Assembly (NCBI GenBank): GCA_964016885.1
Contig: OZ024742.1
Span: forward strand, 131,812,001-131,876,000
Origin: Eledone cirrhosa
Lineage: Eukaryota
Direction: 5' to 3'
DNA: 64,000 nucleotides
This document shows positions 16,130-30,321 of this stretch, in pieces. The notes beneath the pieces are model-generated. The model saw nothing but the letters and a program-made list of their open reading frames with translations. It did no database searches and was not told the DNA's origin. How positions within the stretch are numbered: position 1 is the first letter of the stretch; every line of letters starts with the position of its first letter. The position numbers and the translations under genes were made by a program.

Positions 16130-16350
16130 CATATGTCATATGACGAGAAGGCATCTTTACATCCTCATTACAGAACATCTCAATACACGGGCAGACGCCT
16201 TCAGGAAACACGAAGACAAATGCAAAAATTAAACGAAGACGAGACTGTTACTAGTGAAGCCAGGAAGAGGAATTTCGGCAGACTTAGAATCAAAGAAAGG
16301 ATAATAGCTAGGCTAAACCCACAAATCGACAGTAGATTAAAACTCAGCAC
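16130..16350 (+). pseudogene. Decayed PLE GIY-YIG C-terminus
   Basis: RLRIKERIIARLNPQI resembles the E..I....P.LN tail of PLE endonucleases; probably the continuation of 14330-14810. Confidence 0.4.
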
Positions 16351-16895
16351 TTAATACTTAACATAAAAGCGCACACACGTAACTTCTGACATTACATATA
16401 ACATGCACAACAACCATTTCTAACAAGTAATGACAACTAAGCACACAACAATCGACGTATACACGCACACATACACAGGCCAAAACATGAAACTCAATCC
16501 AAAATAGCTTAACTATTCAATCTATTGCAAACTAACAAAACATTTGCATCGAAAATAATTAATATAAAGACGTAAACAAAAGCACAGAAAATTGGACAGG
16601 AACGCGCAGACGCGCACACACAACATTTACACCGTCATTCAACAGACGACGTCACTTCCGGCAGTTATAAATAGACCACGGCTTATATAAAAAAAGGAAG
16701 GGAAAATAGTGAACTGGTAGCAACAACAATAGCACGAACTCTGATTCAAGGTTCTTTTAGTTTTTTGAGGAAGTTTTTAGGCACGAAACAGCAAGAAAAT
16801 AAAATAAAATAAAAGGTGACACCAAGAATTTTGTTGCGTTAAATTTACTCCGAAATCTACCGGTATTTTGCATTGCCGTAGGCTTCATATAATAT

Positions 16896-16991
<96 letters not shown>

Positions 16992-17002
16992 AAAGAGTAT
17001 GT

Positions 17003-17097
17003 CCCCGACAGAAGAGCTCAAGCCGTTTCGACGGCTATTTCTGGACTAAATTAGAATTTTTAGCCGGCTGAATAAATAGCCGAACTTTTCAAGGGGG
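17003..17097 (-). ncRNA. Hammerhead ribozyme, U3-A8 core variant
   Basis: Minus strand CCCC-TTGAAAA-GTTCGGCTATTT...AAATAGCCGTC-GAAACGG...CTGTC-GGGG. Confidence 0.65.
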
Positions 17098-18150
17098 TAC
17101 TTCCTTATATGGGAAGATTGTATTTGTCAAGTGGATTGGTTAACATTTGTTGTAAACCCAAATAAGTCTATCATGGCATTTGGGGGAAGTAGGGGTGGCT
17201 GAACTAGCCTGTAGAACAATAGGGGAGTGAGTGGAGCGGTCAAGCGTTGAATGGGATATGTATACATCAGATTCTAAGGATAGTGTATGGGGTGGGGAGG
17301 GAGGTTATAGAATAAGTAAATCGAAAGAGAGTAGGAGATAATAAAAGATACTAGAAATAAATTTAAAAAAAATATATATATAAAATTAGATAGTGAGAAA
17401 TGAATAAAGAAATCACAATGCTATCTTACAATTACAGGTTAATAAGTTGAGAATAGAAAAAACTCATAGAATTTACAAAACAGATACAAACTTAAAGTGT
17501 TTTTAACACATCTGCTATAAGTAGTTAATAAAACACAGATTGCATAGGACTTCGCCCTCAAACCCTATAACGACCCGGGTGGGTAGACAAGAGCTGATAT
17601 CCCCCCCCCCACACTTGCCGAATAAGGTAGGGGAAACCACAGCTTACATAGGTAAATATATCTCTTTTCTTTTCCTCTTTGTCTCCTTCTTCCCCCTGTC
17701 TCATCCTATCACTTCCTTCCACACCCTATTTTCTTCCTCGTCTATTTTCCCCTTTCACCTACCCCGGTGCAGCCGATCGGGCCTTGTAGCATCAGTTCCC
17801 CCACCCCTGTTATTTTAAGATAGCATTGTGATTCCTTTATTCCTTTCTCACTATCTAATTTTATATATTGTTTTATTTTTTTTATTTATTTCTAGTATCT
17901 TTTATTGTCTCCTACTCTCTTTCGATTTACCTATTCTATAACCTCCCTCCCCACCTTATACACTATCCTTAGAATCTGATGTATACATATCACTTTCAAC
18001 GCTTGACCGCACCACTCACTCCCCTATTGTTCTACAGGCAAGTTCAGCCACCCCTACCTCCCACCAAATGCCATGATACACTTATTTGTGTTTACAACAC
18101 ATTTTAACCAATCCTCTTGACAACTACAATCTTCCCATATAAGGAAGTAC

Positions 18151-18245
18151 CCCCTTGAAAAGTTAGGCTATTTATTCACCAGGCTAAACATTCTAATTTA
18201 GTCCAGAAATAGCCGTCGAAACGGCTTGAGCTCTTCCGTCTGGGT
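18151..18245 (+). ncRNA. Hammerhead ribozyme, U3-A8 core variant
   Basis: CCCC-TTGAAAA(18155-18161)-GTTAGGCTATTT...AAATAGCCGTC-GAAACGG(CTTGAGCTCTT)CCGTC-TGGG; GUC cleavage triplet. Confidence 0.6.
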
Positions 18246-18336
18246 CATACTTTTTCCTATCGCCCCCTCTACTACCCTAAGTATTGAGTACTCTGGTGCG
18301 TTATGGTCCATTTGGTTCCTTACCACAATTCCTTTG

Positions 18337-18402
<66 letters not shown>

Positions 18403-18437
18403 TATTTATATATATATAATATTTACACACACACACA

Positions 18438-18553
<116 letters not shown>

Positions 18554-18765
18554 GTGTATATGTAAAGCTTTATATTTAATATCACCCATAAGGTTGAGAT
18601 GCAATTTAGGCAATATTGGGCTGCGCTTTCTAGCAACCAGCCTACTCGCCGTAAGCAACCAGTCACATTCTTTCAGACTTGACCACTGCCACGTCACAGT
18701 TCTTAGCCATTTTGAATTCGTTTCTGGCGGAGATCACTTGGAAAATTCGTTGTCCAAATGAGTTT

Positions 18766-18845
18766 GTTTCCTGATGAGTTCGAAGCTCGAGATTTTATCC
18801 TTAATAGGATATTTCCGAAAGTGAACGAAACCCTAGGGTAGAAAC
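18766..18845 (+). ncRNA. Type I hammerhead ribozyme with extended stem II
   Basis: GTTTC-CTGATGA-GTTC...GAAC-GAA-ACCC(TA)GGGT-A-GAAAC; stems I, II and III all pair. Confidence 0.8.
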
Positions 18846-19139
18846 GTAATCCTGGTATGTATATATACATTTTTTATTCTAACTTTAATTTTATACCTAA
18901 TTTTGTATGGTTGAAGGTTTATTTAATCGATTTCCACGTGCTGTTGAAATGTTGGGTAAATATTCTATGGCGGTTAGTCACGAAGAGATTGTTATCGTTT
19001 ATTTATCTACTATTTCTTCATAGGTGCCTTTTAATCTTATAGCCTGGTCTAATTGATTTTTTGTGTGGTTAATTATGCTAATTGGGAGACGAAATGGTGT
19101 ATATATATTATCAAATGATTCTATGGACATACTTTATAG

Positions 19140-19203
<64 letters not shown>

Positions 19204-19691
19204 TATAACATATATCGCACCAGGTGGTGCTATTCAGTTAGACATGGCATGGGTCAATAATGGCCGAAACCTATCAAAGGCATCAAAGTTATATATATAT
19301 ATATGTGTGGCGGGGGGGGGGGGGTATGTGCATATGCTTATAGGTTAAAGCAATCAATAGACTGATTTACACAGATGTTCACATCTCTAATATTTGTTGG
19401 TTTTTAAATCATGTAATTTCCATGTGTCAACGAGACAAAAATTAATATAAATTTAGATGTTACAGAATTGAAGATATCACTAACAAAAGCTATACTTTTT
19501 ATTTACATTCTGACAGAAACGTAAATGTATAATCAGGCCCCCGAAAACTCCTGAAATAATGTCAAAAATACAAAAATGGCAACCATACATTCACATGGTC
19601 ACAGAGATCCCAAAAAATCCACCGGATGATATTGTCAAAGACGTCTAAATAAAAATAGGGCTAGTGCAAAACATGTAATAATACAGCTAAT

Positions 19692-20085
19692 GATAATTGT
19701 TTCTACGTTAGGCGCACAGCCAGCAATTACCCAGTACATTACTGGTACTTTATTTTATCGACCCCGTAAGGTTGAAAGACAAAGTTAACCTCGGCGGGAT
19801 TTGAACTCAGAATGGCAAGGGCCGTAACTCTATACGTCAAAGCATGGCGTCCGAGCCTCTCCCAATACTGCCAATCCACCGCCCTATACAGCTAATGATA
19901 ATGATGACAATGATGCTGATAATGACGATAATTGTTTCTACTTTTCGCACAAGGCCAGCAATTATCCCAGTGGTGTTTTATTTTATCGACCCCGTAAGGA
20001 TGAAAGGCAAAGTTAACCTCGGCGGGATTTGAACTCAGATCATAAAGGGAGGTAAATCTATGCTTCAAAGCATGACGTCCGATCT
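19692..20085 (-). mobile_element. Two tandem copies of tRNA-derived SINE family A
   Basis: Reverse strand TCTGAGTTCAAATCCCGCCGAGGTTAACTTTG..TTTCA.CCTTACGGGGTCGATAAAATAAA..ACCA. Confidence 0.8.
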
Positions 20086-20559
20086 TGATAACGACGATAA
20101 TGATGATGCCTATGATGGCGATGAGAATACCGACGTTGATGATAAGGGGTGATGTTGAGGATGAGGATGATGAGAACGATTATATGGGTAGTTATTATGA
20201 TAGTAGCAATGGTGATGATTAACACCATGATTAAGGTTCATGTAATCACCGCCAATGGTAATATTATTGATAACATTGGCATATTATTGATTGGAATATC
20301 AATGACTTTAATTGTGAAGATAATCATAGTGTGGCTGCTGTTGTTGTTGTTGTTGTTGTTGATCAGAATAATGAAGATTTTACTTGGAAGCAGAGTGGTG
20401 ACGCTGAAGATCGTGATGTCCGTGTCTGTAGAGTGTAATTATTAGCATCAGTGCAGGGACGTAGAGTTGAGAATATATCTCTATATTGCTGTTGAAGCAT
20501 ATCAATGTTGACATTTACATTGCATGCGTCACATAAATTCATTCTGATCATCATGGCCA

Positions 20560-20840
20560 CCCTCATCGTCGTCGGCGTCGACTTCGATGTCCTCCCCCCT
20601 CCGCCTCTTCATTCTCCCCCTCCTCCTCCTCCTCCTTATCATCATCATCGTCATCGTCATCGTCATCATCGTCAGCGTCGTCGTCCTCTTCGATGTCCTC
20701 CCCCTCCTCCTCTTCATTCTCCCCCTCCTCCTCCTCCTCCCTATCATCATCATCATCGTCATCGTCATCGTCATCATCGTCAGCGTCGTCGTCCTCTTCG
20801 ATGTCCTCCAGCCCCCCACTCATCATCATCATCATCGTCG

Positions 20841-20881
<41 letters not shown>

Positions 20882-21185
20882 GTCATTGTCGTCGTCGTCG
20901 TCATCGTCGTCGTCTATGGCCTCCTCCTCCTCCTCCTCCTCATCATCATCATCATCGTCATCATCGTCATCATCATCATCATCATCATCATCATCGTCAT
21001 CGTCATCGTCGTCCTCTATGTCCTCTCCTCCTCTTTATCATCATCATTATCGTCATCGTCAGCATCATCATCGTCATCATCATCATCATCGTCGTCGTCG
21101 TCGTCTATGTGCTCCTCCTCCTCCTCCTCCTCCTCCTCCTCCTCCTCCTCCTCCTCCTCATCATCATCATCATCATTGCTGTTGT
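20560..21185. repeat. Compound trinucleotide repeat (TCA/TCG/TCC) with an internal ~100-bp duplication
   Basis: Direct reading; generates homopolymeric pseudo-ORFs in several frames. Confidence 0.9.
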
Positions 21186-21432
21186 CGTCATGGTCGTGGT
21201 CGTCAACGCCGCCATCATCACCATACTCCATCATCAATATCGTCACCAGCGTTATATCCTTAGTAACTAAACATCCAATTGTTTTTCTCACTGTAATGAT
21301 GATCGTGAAGATAGATATAGAGATAACTATAGAGGGGAGAGGGAGAGAAGGAGTGAGTAAGGGAGAGAAATGGCAGAAAGGCCAGGCCAAATCTCCAGAT
21401 AGTAATAAAACGGGAGTAGGAGTATAATTGCA

Positions 21433-21720
21433 AATAATTGTTTCTACTTTTGGTACAAGGCCAGCAATTATCCCAGTGCATTACTGGTACTTTATTTTAT
21501 CGACCCTGTAAGGATGAAAGGTAAAGTTAACCTAATTGTAAATAATTGTTTCTACTTTAGGCACAAGGCCCTCAAATACCCTGTACATTACTGGTACTTT
21601 ATTTTATCGACCTCATAAGGATGAAAGGCAAAGTTAACCTCGGCGGGATTTGAACTCAGAGTGTAAAGGGACGTAACTATGCTAGAAAGCATGGCGTCTG
21701 ACCCTCCACCGATACTGCCA
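21433..21720 (-). mobile_element. SINE family A (one partial and one fuller copy)
   Basis: Same consensus as 19692-19885. Confidence 0.8.
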
Positions 21721-22541
21721 AAATGGTTACTCCTTTACTCCTTTACCTGTTTCAGCCATCCGGCTGAGGCCATGCTGGGGCACCGTCCTTGTTTAATATT
21801 TACCTGAAATACCGAGTAATGAGGGGGAAATGAGGTAGCGACGATGCCCACTCCCTTCTAAGACCCTCTCAAACTGGTGGAATTCATTGCCGCTAAGTAT
21901 TTCAGATTCATTCGTTTTTTTTTTTTAAGCAGGTTCATATTCTTATATAATTGTTTAGAAATCGTCATGAAGCAAGTTTTGATTTTGTATGTCATATTTT
22001 GGGGAAGACCAGATTAACATATACATTTTTTGCTCGCTGAAACACACTGAGATTTATGTCGTTATTCGTCTCGTTTAAAAGCAGGTGTTTGCATAGAAAG
22101 CAAGTACAATGGGGGATATATCCTAGATATTTTCAGCCTTGGAGAATAACGGCGTTTATGCATGTATCATTGGTTATATGAAATAAAGCACAGTCAGTTT
22201 GAACTGAAGACTACATACATTTGAGTAGATAGAATATGCTGGTAGCATGTTTGAAAGAGCAGATTACATCATAGTTTCTATGGAAGAGACAAAGAGGGCA
22301 CTAAGTTACTCTAGAAATCGTATTTTCAGATATTATCCATATATGAATATTGTTTTGACAAGCCAACGTTGAGAAAGCGCCATTTAAAATCTATAATGAT
22401 AAAAATGTATTCCATTTCTCAAAATTGTTAAATAGAATCCTCGTGAGAGGTTTTTATTCACAGACATGATTTATGGAAAACTGATTATGTTAAAATGTAT
22501 ATACAGTATATATATATATAAACATACGTACATACATACAG

Positions 22542-22661
<120 letters not shown>

Positions 22662-22919
22662 GTTTGTATGTATATATCAATACATTCAAACACGCACGAT
22701 GTAAGTCATCAGACATATAAAAATGTATTCACTGTATTTCTTCCTAAACAAATACATATTTGTATATCCTTCTTTTTACTGAAATTCTAGATGTGTGATT
22801 CATACATGCACAGCTATCTTACTTTCCTTTTAAATAAACATTCAAAACTACGCATATATATATAGTCGTGTGTTGTGTACCTGTATGGGCTTTTATATGT
22901 GTATATATGTATATATATG

Positions 22920-22987
<68 letters not shown>

Positions 22988-22988
22988 A

Positions 22989-23025
<37 letters not shown>

Positions 23026-23042
23026 TACATACACACACACAA

Positions 23043-23082
<40 letters not shown>

Positions 23083-23546
23083 TTTTGTTCATTCGTTTAT
23101 TTATTTGTATTTGCTTTCAACTGTAAATAACTTAGATTGCTATACGAAGATTATCGCGTCTAGAATTTCAGTAATACAATTAAATAGCAAATAACTAACC
23201 CTCTCCATTTACCTATAAATTCATAAACATATAATGAAACAGATATAGATATAGCATGAATAATATTGAGAACTATACAAATATTTAGACAACGAACGAA
23301 ATATGTAAAAATATATTTACAATAACCATAAACATATACATATATTAAAGAATATCAGCTATGAAAATATTTAGATATGTCAAAATATTTGTAAAAAATA
23401 TATTTAAATAAAAAATGCTTATGATATATTGACATAGACAGAGTTTCGTATTCTGGTCTAGATGCAATGCATGGAGAAGCAGTTGCTGATTGTATATATG
23501 TACATCAATTTAGCTAAAATTTGTTTTTATTTTCTTTGTATTACTA

Positions 23547-24490
23547 TCTCTATATATAAAACTGAGGATGTCTGTCTGTGTGTGTGTGTGTCAGTTTGAA
23601 TCCCTAAAACTCGAGAAACACCTAACCAACTGTTTTCAAACTTTACACATGTAATTCTTATGTTTCAGGGTGTGTTCTGAGCAAAATAAATTTCCAAATT
23701 CCAATGCCCTAGGGACCGTATTAGGCGATTTAGCGATCCCACTCTATAATTCGTAGTCTTTCTCTTTTTACATAGATACATACATATAAAGTCGCGCCCT
23801 TATAATATCTGTCTGTATGTCTGGCTGTCTGCATTACGTCACTTCCCTGAGAATGTCTGTGTGTGTGTGTGTGGTGTGTGTGTGTGTGTGTGCGTGTGCA
23901 TGTGTGTGTGTGTGTCTGTGAGTTTGAATCCCTAAAACTCGAGAAATACCCAACCGACGTTTTAAAAACTTTACATGTGTATTACTTATGTTTCAGGGAG
24001 TGTTATGCACATAAAAAAAATTCGTATTAGGTGAAAAACTGCGTTTTTTCAGGTTTTTAGGGGTTTTATGAGTCGTTACGATAGAGCGATTTCCTTGAAA
24101 TTGTAACTATGTATTAGTCAGTATCTTTCCTCATACCGTAAGCAAAGAAAATCCAACTTTTTATGGCCTAGGGCCGGCATTAGGTGAACAACTTCATTTT
24201 TTCTGCTTTTTAGGGCTCTTTTGAGGCGTTACGTCTAGCTGATTTTTCCGAAATTTCAAGGCATATTATGCACATAAAAGAAAATTCATTTTCTTGATCA
24301 CCCGCATTAGGTAAAAACCTGCATTTTTCCTGCGTCATCGAGGAAAATCTTAAAGATTATCCAGCCATCAGAGTATTCATTTTATTTTCTTTACATATTG
24401 TCCAGGCAAGCAGTTTTTCCACGATTAGGTCTGTTGGCAGCCCGCATTCCAAAATATCTCATCCCCTGCAACGCCGGGTACCACTGCTAG
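23547..24490 (+). mobile_element. Non-autonomous Helitron
   Basis: Starts TC(TCTATATATAAAA...GTCTGTCTG) and ends CCC..GCAACGCCGGG..CTAG. Sits between host A and T. Internal duplication ~23567-23690 vs ~23910-24020. Confidence 0.7.
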
Positions 24491-24689
24491 TACTATATAA
24501 AACACCAAAGGAGCAATACCTTTTTATTTTCTATTTTTCTCATCACTTTCTAGTATTTATCATGGTGGTGTTCGTTGAGATATGAACTCAAACCATATCA
24601 GTTGTAACAACACAAACAAAGTCACTATATTTTGTGCTTTACCGCCACTGTCATATGGCCAGATAAAACTATTACTACTGCTGCTGCTG

Positions 24690-24729
<40 letters not shown>

Positions 24730-24811
24730 GGAAATTATGTCTTTGTGTAGTTGATGAAGCCGCTAGAGTTCATCTCATAAGTCGCACCTCTACTCATATA
24801 AAGGTTTTATA

Positions 24812-25002
24812 AATAATTGTTCCTAAATTTGGCACAAGGCCAGCAATTTGATGGGAAGAAACAAATCGATTACATCGACCCAAGTGCGTTACAGATACTT
24901 TATTTTCTCGACTCCGTAATTTTGAAAAGCAAAGCTAACCTAGGCAGGATATGAACTCAAGATGTAAAGGGCCGTAACAGCATACATGTTGTCCGGCGCC
25001 CT
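24812..25002 (-). mobile_element. SINE family A (diverged)
   Basis: GGCACAAGGCCAGCAATT...GAACTCA consensus. Confidence 0.65.
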
Positions 25003-25779
25003 AAATTAAGAAAGAATAATGAAACTATTGCAGAAAAGTTTATACAACTTGATTACCTGTAATTCGTTTTTCAGCATATTACATCCCTCAATGACTATGA
25101 GTTACAGTTAGTCTTACGATGGAACAAGCACAATGTCGAGTGAAATACTGTGAGACTTTATAAAGGTTAGGAACATGGCATCAAATATATTCTTTATTCA
25201 CTGATGTACAGATAATTGGTTTTAATTAATTAAATAATTAAGTAAGTAAGTGACAACATTTAAAGCAAATAATTATTGTAGTTGTATTATGAACATATCC
25301 TTTTTATGTTCAAGCATGACTGTCAATACTAAAAGAAGAACCCATAATCGTTCCAAATCCTTTGCACTGACTCTGAAGAAACTTCCTGATATTAGATAGG
25401 AGTTCAAAAATTCAGCATATGACGTCTTGCGGAATCTGCCAATAGTTACATTTACTCTACAAATGATTTTGGGAAAAGGAAACCAAATAAACACAAAAAG
25501 TAAATGTATTCCTAAACAACTCACTGGGGGGAATATTATAAAGGAAACACTCAGAAATTATGAAATCATCGTTATTCTTATAATCAAAAGGAAAATGTAT
25601 GTCGGTACTTTCAATTCATCTCTATATTTGTAGAAAATTAGTATAGATTTATTAATGAATTCTCGTTTGATTCAGATATTTGAAAGAAAATATGAAAAGC
25701 TTGCAGAAGAGTACGGATAAAAATTCAACTCGGATCAGAGATGGCAAACGCCTCGGCTTCAACGTGTGTGTTGACGAGT

Positions 25780-26240
25780 TAGGTTAGCCTCCACTTTCAT
25801 GCTCCCATGACCCCGGTCACTTCCCGAAACATGCTCCTCTGAACGACATCATCAGACAGAGCCTCAACTCACCCGACTTCCCGTCACAACAGGAGCCAAC
25901 ATGTTTCGATCATGGTGAAGGTAAGCCTACCGACAGAATAACCCTCTTCCCATTTGAGTGAGATAAATCCCTAATATAAGACGCGACGTTTTGTGACGCA
26001 TTTGTGTCACTAACCTTGACGCTTCCGTCGCAAATCCGGACACCGCCGTCCACAACGCAGAAGAAAGAAAGATAACTTCATACTCGGGCTTTATAGACCG
26101 CTTCCTTTTCGTACCGGTCACCATCGATATCTCACTGTTGATTTGCTTCGGGAAACAGCACCAGGGGATGGAGTCCCGTAGATAGATTGGCCGTTGCAAC
26201 AGCTGTCGCTGGCCATTCTCTGCAGCAATACCTTTTTCAT
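25780..26240 (+). mobile_element. Decayed CRE-like non-LTR retrotransposon (restriction-like endonuclease domain)
   Basis: KHAPLNDIIRQSL..PS..EP..GKPTDRITLFPF..KSLI*DAT..D...AEERK..Y..FLFVP...QQLSLAI, matching the RH..LN..I/DGKRPD/WDAT/QRLS pattern of CRE-clade RLE domains. Confidence 0.6.
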
Positions 26241-27270
26241 TTTATCTGAGTGGCACTGCTAAAACACCACTCTGACTTTCATTCAAGTGGTTTGAGAACG
26301 AAGCAATAGAATTGCCTCGAAAATCAAATATGAATGCAAACTCAGGCTGCACAAAGAACGCAATAACAAAGGATTCAATGATGAAATTACGGAGGAGTAA
26401 TAAATAGTTTCATTGAACGAAATTTATAGTTCATTCCTACATAATGTTCTGAAATCTGGATATGAATAGCACAGGAAAATGTTAAACGATTTATGCATTT
26501 TAAAAATGCATATTACAAATTTACTGCTTTACATCCACAGCATTTTGATAATGCAGATAATGCAAACAAATTAGAAATTTTAACCGACAACAGTCCCATT
26601 TAAATTTAAAGCGTGCGAGAGATTATTTCATTCAAAAGATGTATAAAGAGATAATGAGAAGTAAAATTATGGTAAATTGAAATGTCAAGCAATTGACCAG
26701 CTACAATATGTGTTCTGATTGCTAATGTATGTGTTCTATTTATCCAAATCGGTTAAAATGTTACACTATTCTTCAACCTTCATCAATAACTAGCTCATTT
26801 GTGGAAGTATCTCTTGGTCAGCTCAAGCAGATAGTATTCTACGTACATACTGCAAGTAGCTATATTAATTTCTGGTAGCTTTGCTTTTTCATTAAAATAC
26901 TGTTTAGGACTGTGTTGGATTCTAAGAATGTAACATTTGTTTCCAATTATGAAGCCTAGATCATTTTGTTTTCATTTTATGATTAAATGTAAATAGCAGG
27001 TATGTTTGGGAATTTAAATACAATATAGATTTATGAACTGTCTGTGAAATACTTTTAAAACTGTTTTCAGTCATGCAAATTAAAGCTACAAATATATACT
27101 TCTTTTTATTTTGGTTTACACTCTTCGTTACCAAGAGCCTTTTATATGTAGTTGTAGACCAAAATTTGCAGTAAATTTTACGCACACACATACACCCACA
27201 CCCACATATACACACACGCACATGCACAGACACACACACATATACACACATACACACACCCACACACACA

Positions 27271-27326
<56 letters not shown>

Positions 27327-29418
27327 TATGTGTATGGACAATAAATGTGCTAATGTAGCCAATGTTTTATATTGCACAAAATGCAAAGCGTCTATTGATG
27401 TTTAGCATTTTTGGTTTCCTTATACGAATGAACCACATTCTATTTGGAATGCTTCTGGGAATAATTAATGTAGCTTGTTTGCGATAACAGGGCGCCCAAA
27501 GAAAGGTTTTATGGTCTAAAAGCTGGCTTCACCTTTTTATATTTCACATACCATTGCAACCGATCAAATGTTTTAACATTACTCTCATTTCGAAGAAGCC
27601 ATAATCCATAACATATATTAGCAATTAAATAGGGAAACATTAAAAACAATTGCCTGCTCTCATGCTTTTTCGTTTTACGCGGCATAAGACTTTGTTGAAA
27701 TAGAGAAGAAATAAATGTGGTTCAAACTTCATAGGTTTTGGTATAGATATCAACAATAACATGTAGGTAAATGTTATGAAGTATGATCTGATTTGGAGAT
27801 ACATCCCATTCTCTGTCTACAGTAGAGTTCCTGTAAGGGGGATCCGAGATTCGCCGAATATATTAATATTTCTATTTAGAAATTTACTGACATAAGGATA
27901 TAGAAGGAAGGATAGCTTGTGAGGCAGATATGGACGAAAATATGTAAACAACTACACAGTAACACACACACACACAAACAGTCACAAACACGCACACATA
28001 CACACAGACACACAACACACACTCAAAGACACATTCATACACGCACACACACGCACACACACACATACACAAACAAACAAACAAACAAATACGCGCGCGT
28101 TTACATACACGCATCGCTTCACTCACCTAAACAGGTATTCGCTCAGATAAACACACGCCCGCACATCTTTCTAGTTGCTCGAATACCCTCGTGCACATAT
28201 GCATGGTGGGTTGTTTGCACTGATGTGCGTGCATCCGTATGGATATAAGCATGTATATACAATTACATGTATTTGTAAGAATAGCAAAATACTAACGCAT
28301 TAGAAGACAAATATAAAAATAGATATACGTAATATATATGTACTAACAGAGATAGCATATCAATAGATAAATGTACTGGGAAAATAGTGGCTTAAAAATG
28401 TTGTTAGATAGACGGTTTGAGAGTATTTTTTAATTAATTAAATTGAAAGTCAGGGAGAAAAAATACAGAAAGAAGGGTGTTATTTTCAGCGTAAATCATT
28501 GAAACAAATAAGAAAATATGTGGATGTATATGTGAATATGGAACACTTGGATATAAGTAAATACTAATTGCTATCCAAACGCGCGAACTTACATGTACGC
28601 ATATATATATATATATATGGACGATACCGCACCTCCGCACACACTGACACACCAACCTTTTCCATCTGCCATTCTCCCCTACTACTGCTATGCCCTGACT
28701 CTCTGACCACCTCTCCACGCACACAGACACACAACCCTCCTCCAGCCTTGACCCTCTGACCACTTCCTGTTGTCTCCGCTCTTTCGCCCAACCCAACCAC
28801 GGATTACACATATTGGACATCGCTCCCACGAATCAACTCCATCACTAGGAAAATATCTGGCACCCCACCACACCCTCTACGGAACTACCTTAGAAACTTA
28901 CCTACGGACATACACTCAAAAACATTTTTTTTCCCACACGCCACCTACATCCACAATACGTATAAAAACCACACACACGTGCGTACCCCCACATATTTAC
29001 ACACTCAGCCTCCGGAATCCCCCCTCCCCCACCTCTCTGACCCCTCCCCATTCACACACGCACACACACACCGACCTACACCGCACCCCACACAACCTTT
29101 TCCTGAACATGGAACCCCGTTCTTCCCCAACACTCACATTCACATACACACACACACACGTACACCTACACACACACACCACCGTCAGCCCTCCCCGCTC
29201 GGACATCCCGCCTCCCTCTCCCCACTCCACCCGCCAGCACCCCTACACGCCCCGCATCATTCCACCACTTGTTTATCTTCATGTTTATTTTTATTTTTAT
29301 GTTTTTCTATTTATTTTCATTTGTATCCCTTCCACCGTTTCCTGTCACCCCCTTTTTTCTAAATGTATCTCCCCCACTCCCCCACACACCCTTGGAACTC
29401 TCTTCCCACACACCTTTC

Positions 29419-29450
29419 GCCTGAAGAAGGGTTTATGCCTGAAACGTCGC
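29419..29450 (+). ncRNA. Minimal hammerhead ribozyme motif
   Basis: GC-CTGAAGA-AGG(GTTTATG)CCT-GAAACGTC-GC; very short stem I. Confidence 0.55.
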
Positions 29451-29529
29451 CCCCCCCACTCCCAAGAGCGTGAAACTAATAAACCTATGTCGTACTGCCT
29501 CTCTGTTTTGTTCCCGTTCCATTTTTCAC

Positions 29530-29576
<47 letters not shown>

Positions 29577-29577
29577 A

Positions 29578-30321
29578 AAAATACAAATAAAATATAGAGT
29601 TATTAACTCATATTGATACCCTGCAATTAACAGGCTCAAAGTATAAATACTAAGCATAATAATAATAATATATGTAGAAATAAACACAGTAAATTCTGCG
29701 TCTAAAATTACGAGGGTAGATTATACCACAAATGTTTTATATATTTAAACTGAAGCATTCAGTAAGATACAAGATTTCCTATACATACCGTATCAATAAC
29801 GATATCATCTCTTGGGCAGGCTAAAGGTTTAATCTGTTTCGCCCTGAAAATTGTGTTTGTAACAGATAATCTAATGCTCAGTATTTATACGTTGAGCTTG
29901 TTAATTACCGGGTATCAATATGAGTTAATAACTCTATATTTTATTTGTATTTCGGCTCCCTATCTAGGTCAGCTTATAAGATGAGTGTAATCAGGCTATT
30001 ATTTCTAGCATAACCACACACACCACGTATAGGTTTCAACACACGAGGTGCATTATTTACTTCCGTGAGTTCTTGTTAGATGTGTTTTGTTTCATTTAAT
30101 CTAATCTCTCGCTGATGAAATGCATAAAGATTATCTGCTACAAACACAATTTTCAGGGCGAAACAGATTAAACCTTTAGTCTGTCCGAGAGATGAAATCG
30201 TTATTGATACGGTATGTATAGGAAATAGTGTATCTTACTGTATGCTTCAGTTTAAATATATAGAACATTTGTGGTATAATCTACCCTCGTAATTTTAGAC
30301 GCAGAATTTAGTGTGTTTATT

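Larger units (their letters stand above)
16988..18340. mobile_element. Fold-back non-autonomous PLE derivative with ~440-bp arms
   Basis: 16988-17430 is the reverse complement of ~17815-18260; (TA)n on both sides; an HHR in each arm. Confidence 0.8.

Noticed and set aside
20505-21427. Long His/Pro/Ser-rich ORFs
   Set aside because: They are open in several frames on both strands because of trinucleotide repeats; no splice or domain evidence.
27500-27835. Possible minus-strand exon (REWDVSPNQIIL...)
   Set aside because: In-frame stop soon after, and no convincing domain continuation.
28770-29597. 275-aa Pro/His/Thr-rich ORF
   Set aside because: Low-complexity C/A-rich sequence with no recognisable domain; more likely the 3' region of a retroelement, since it contains an HHR motif.
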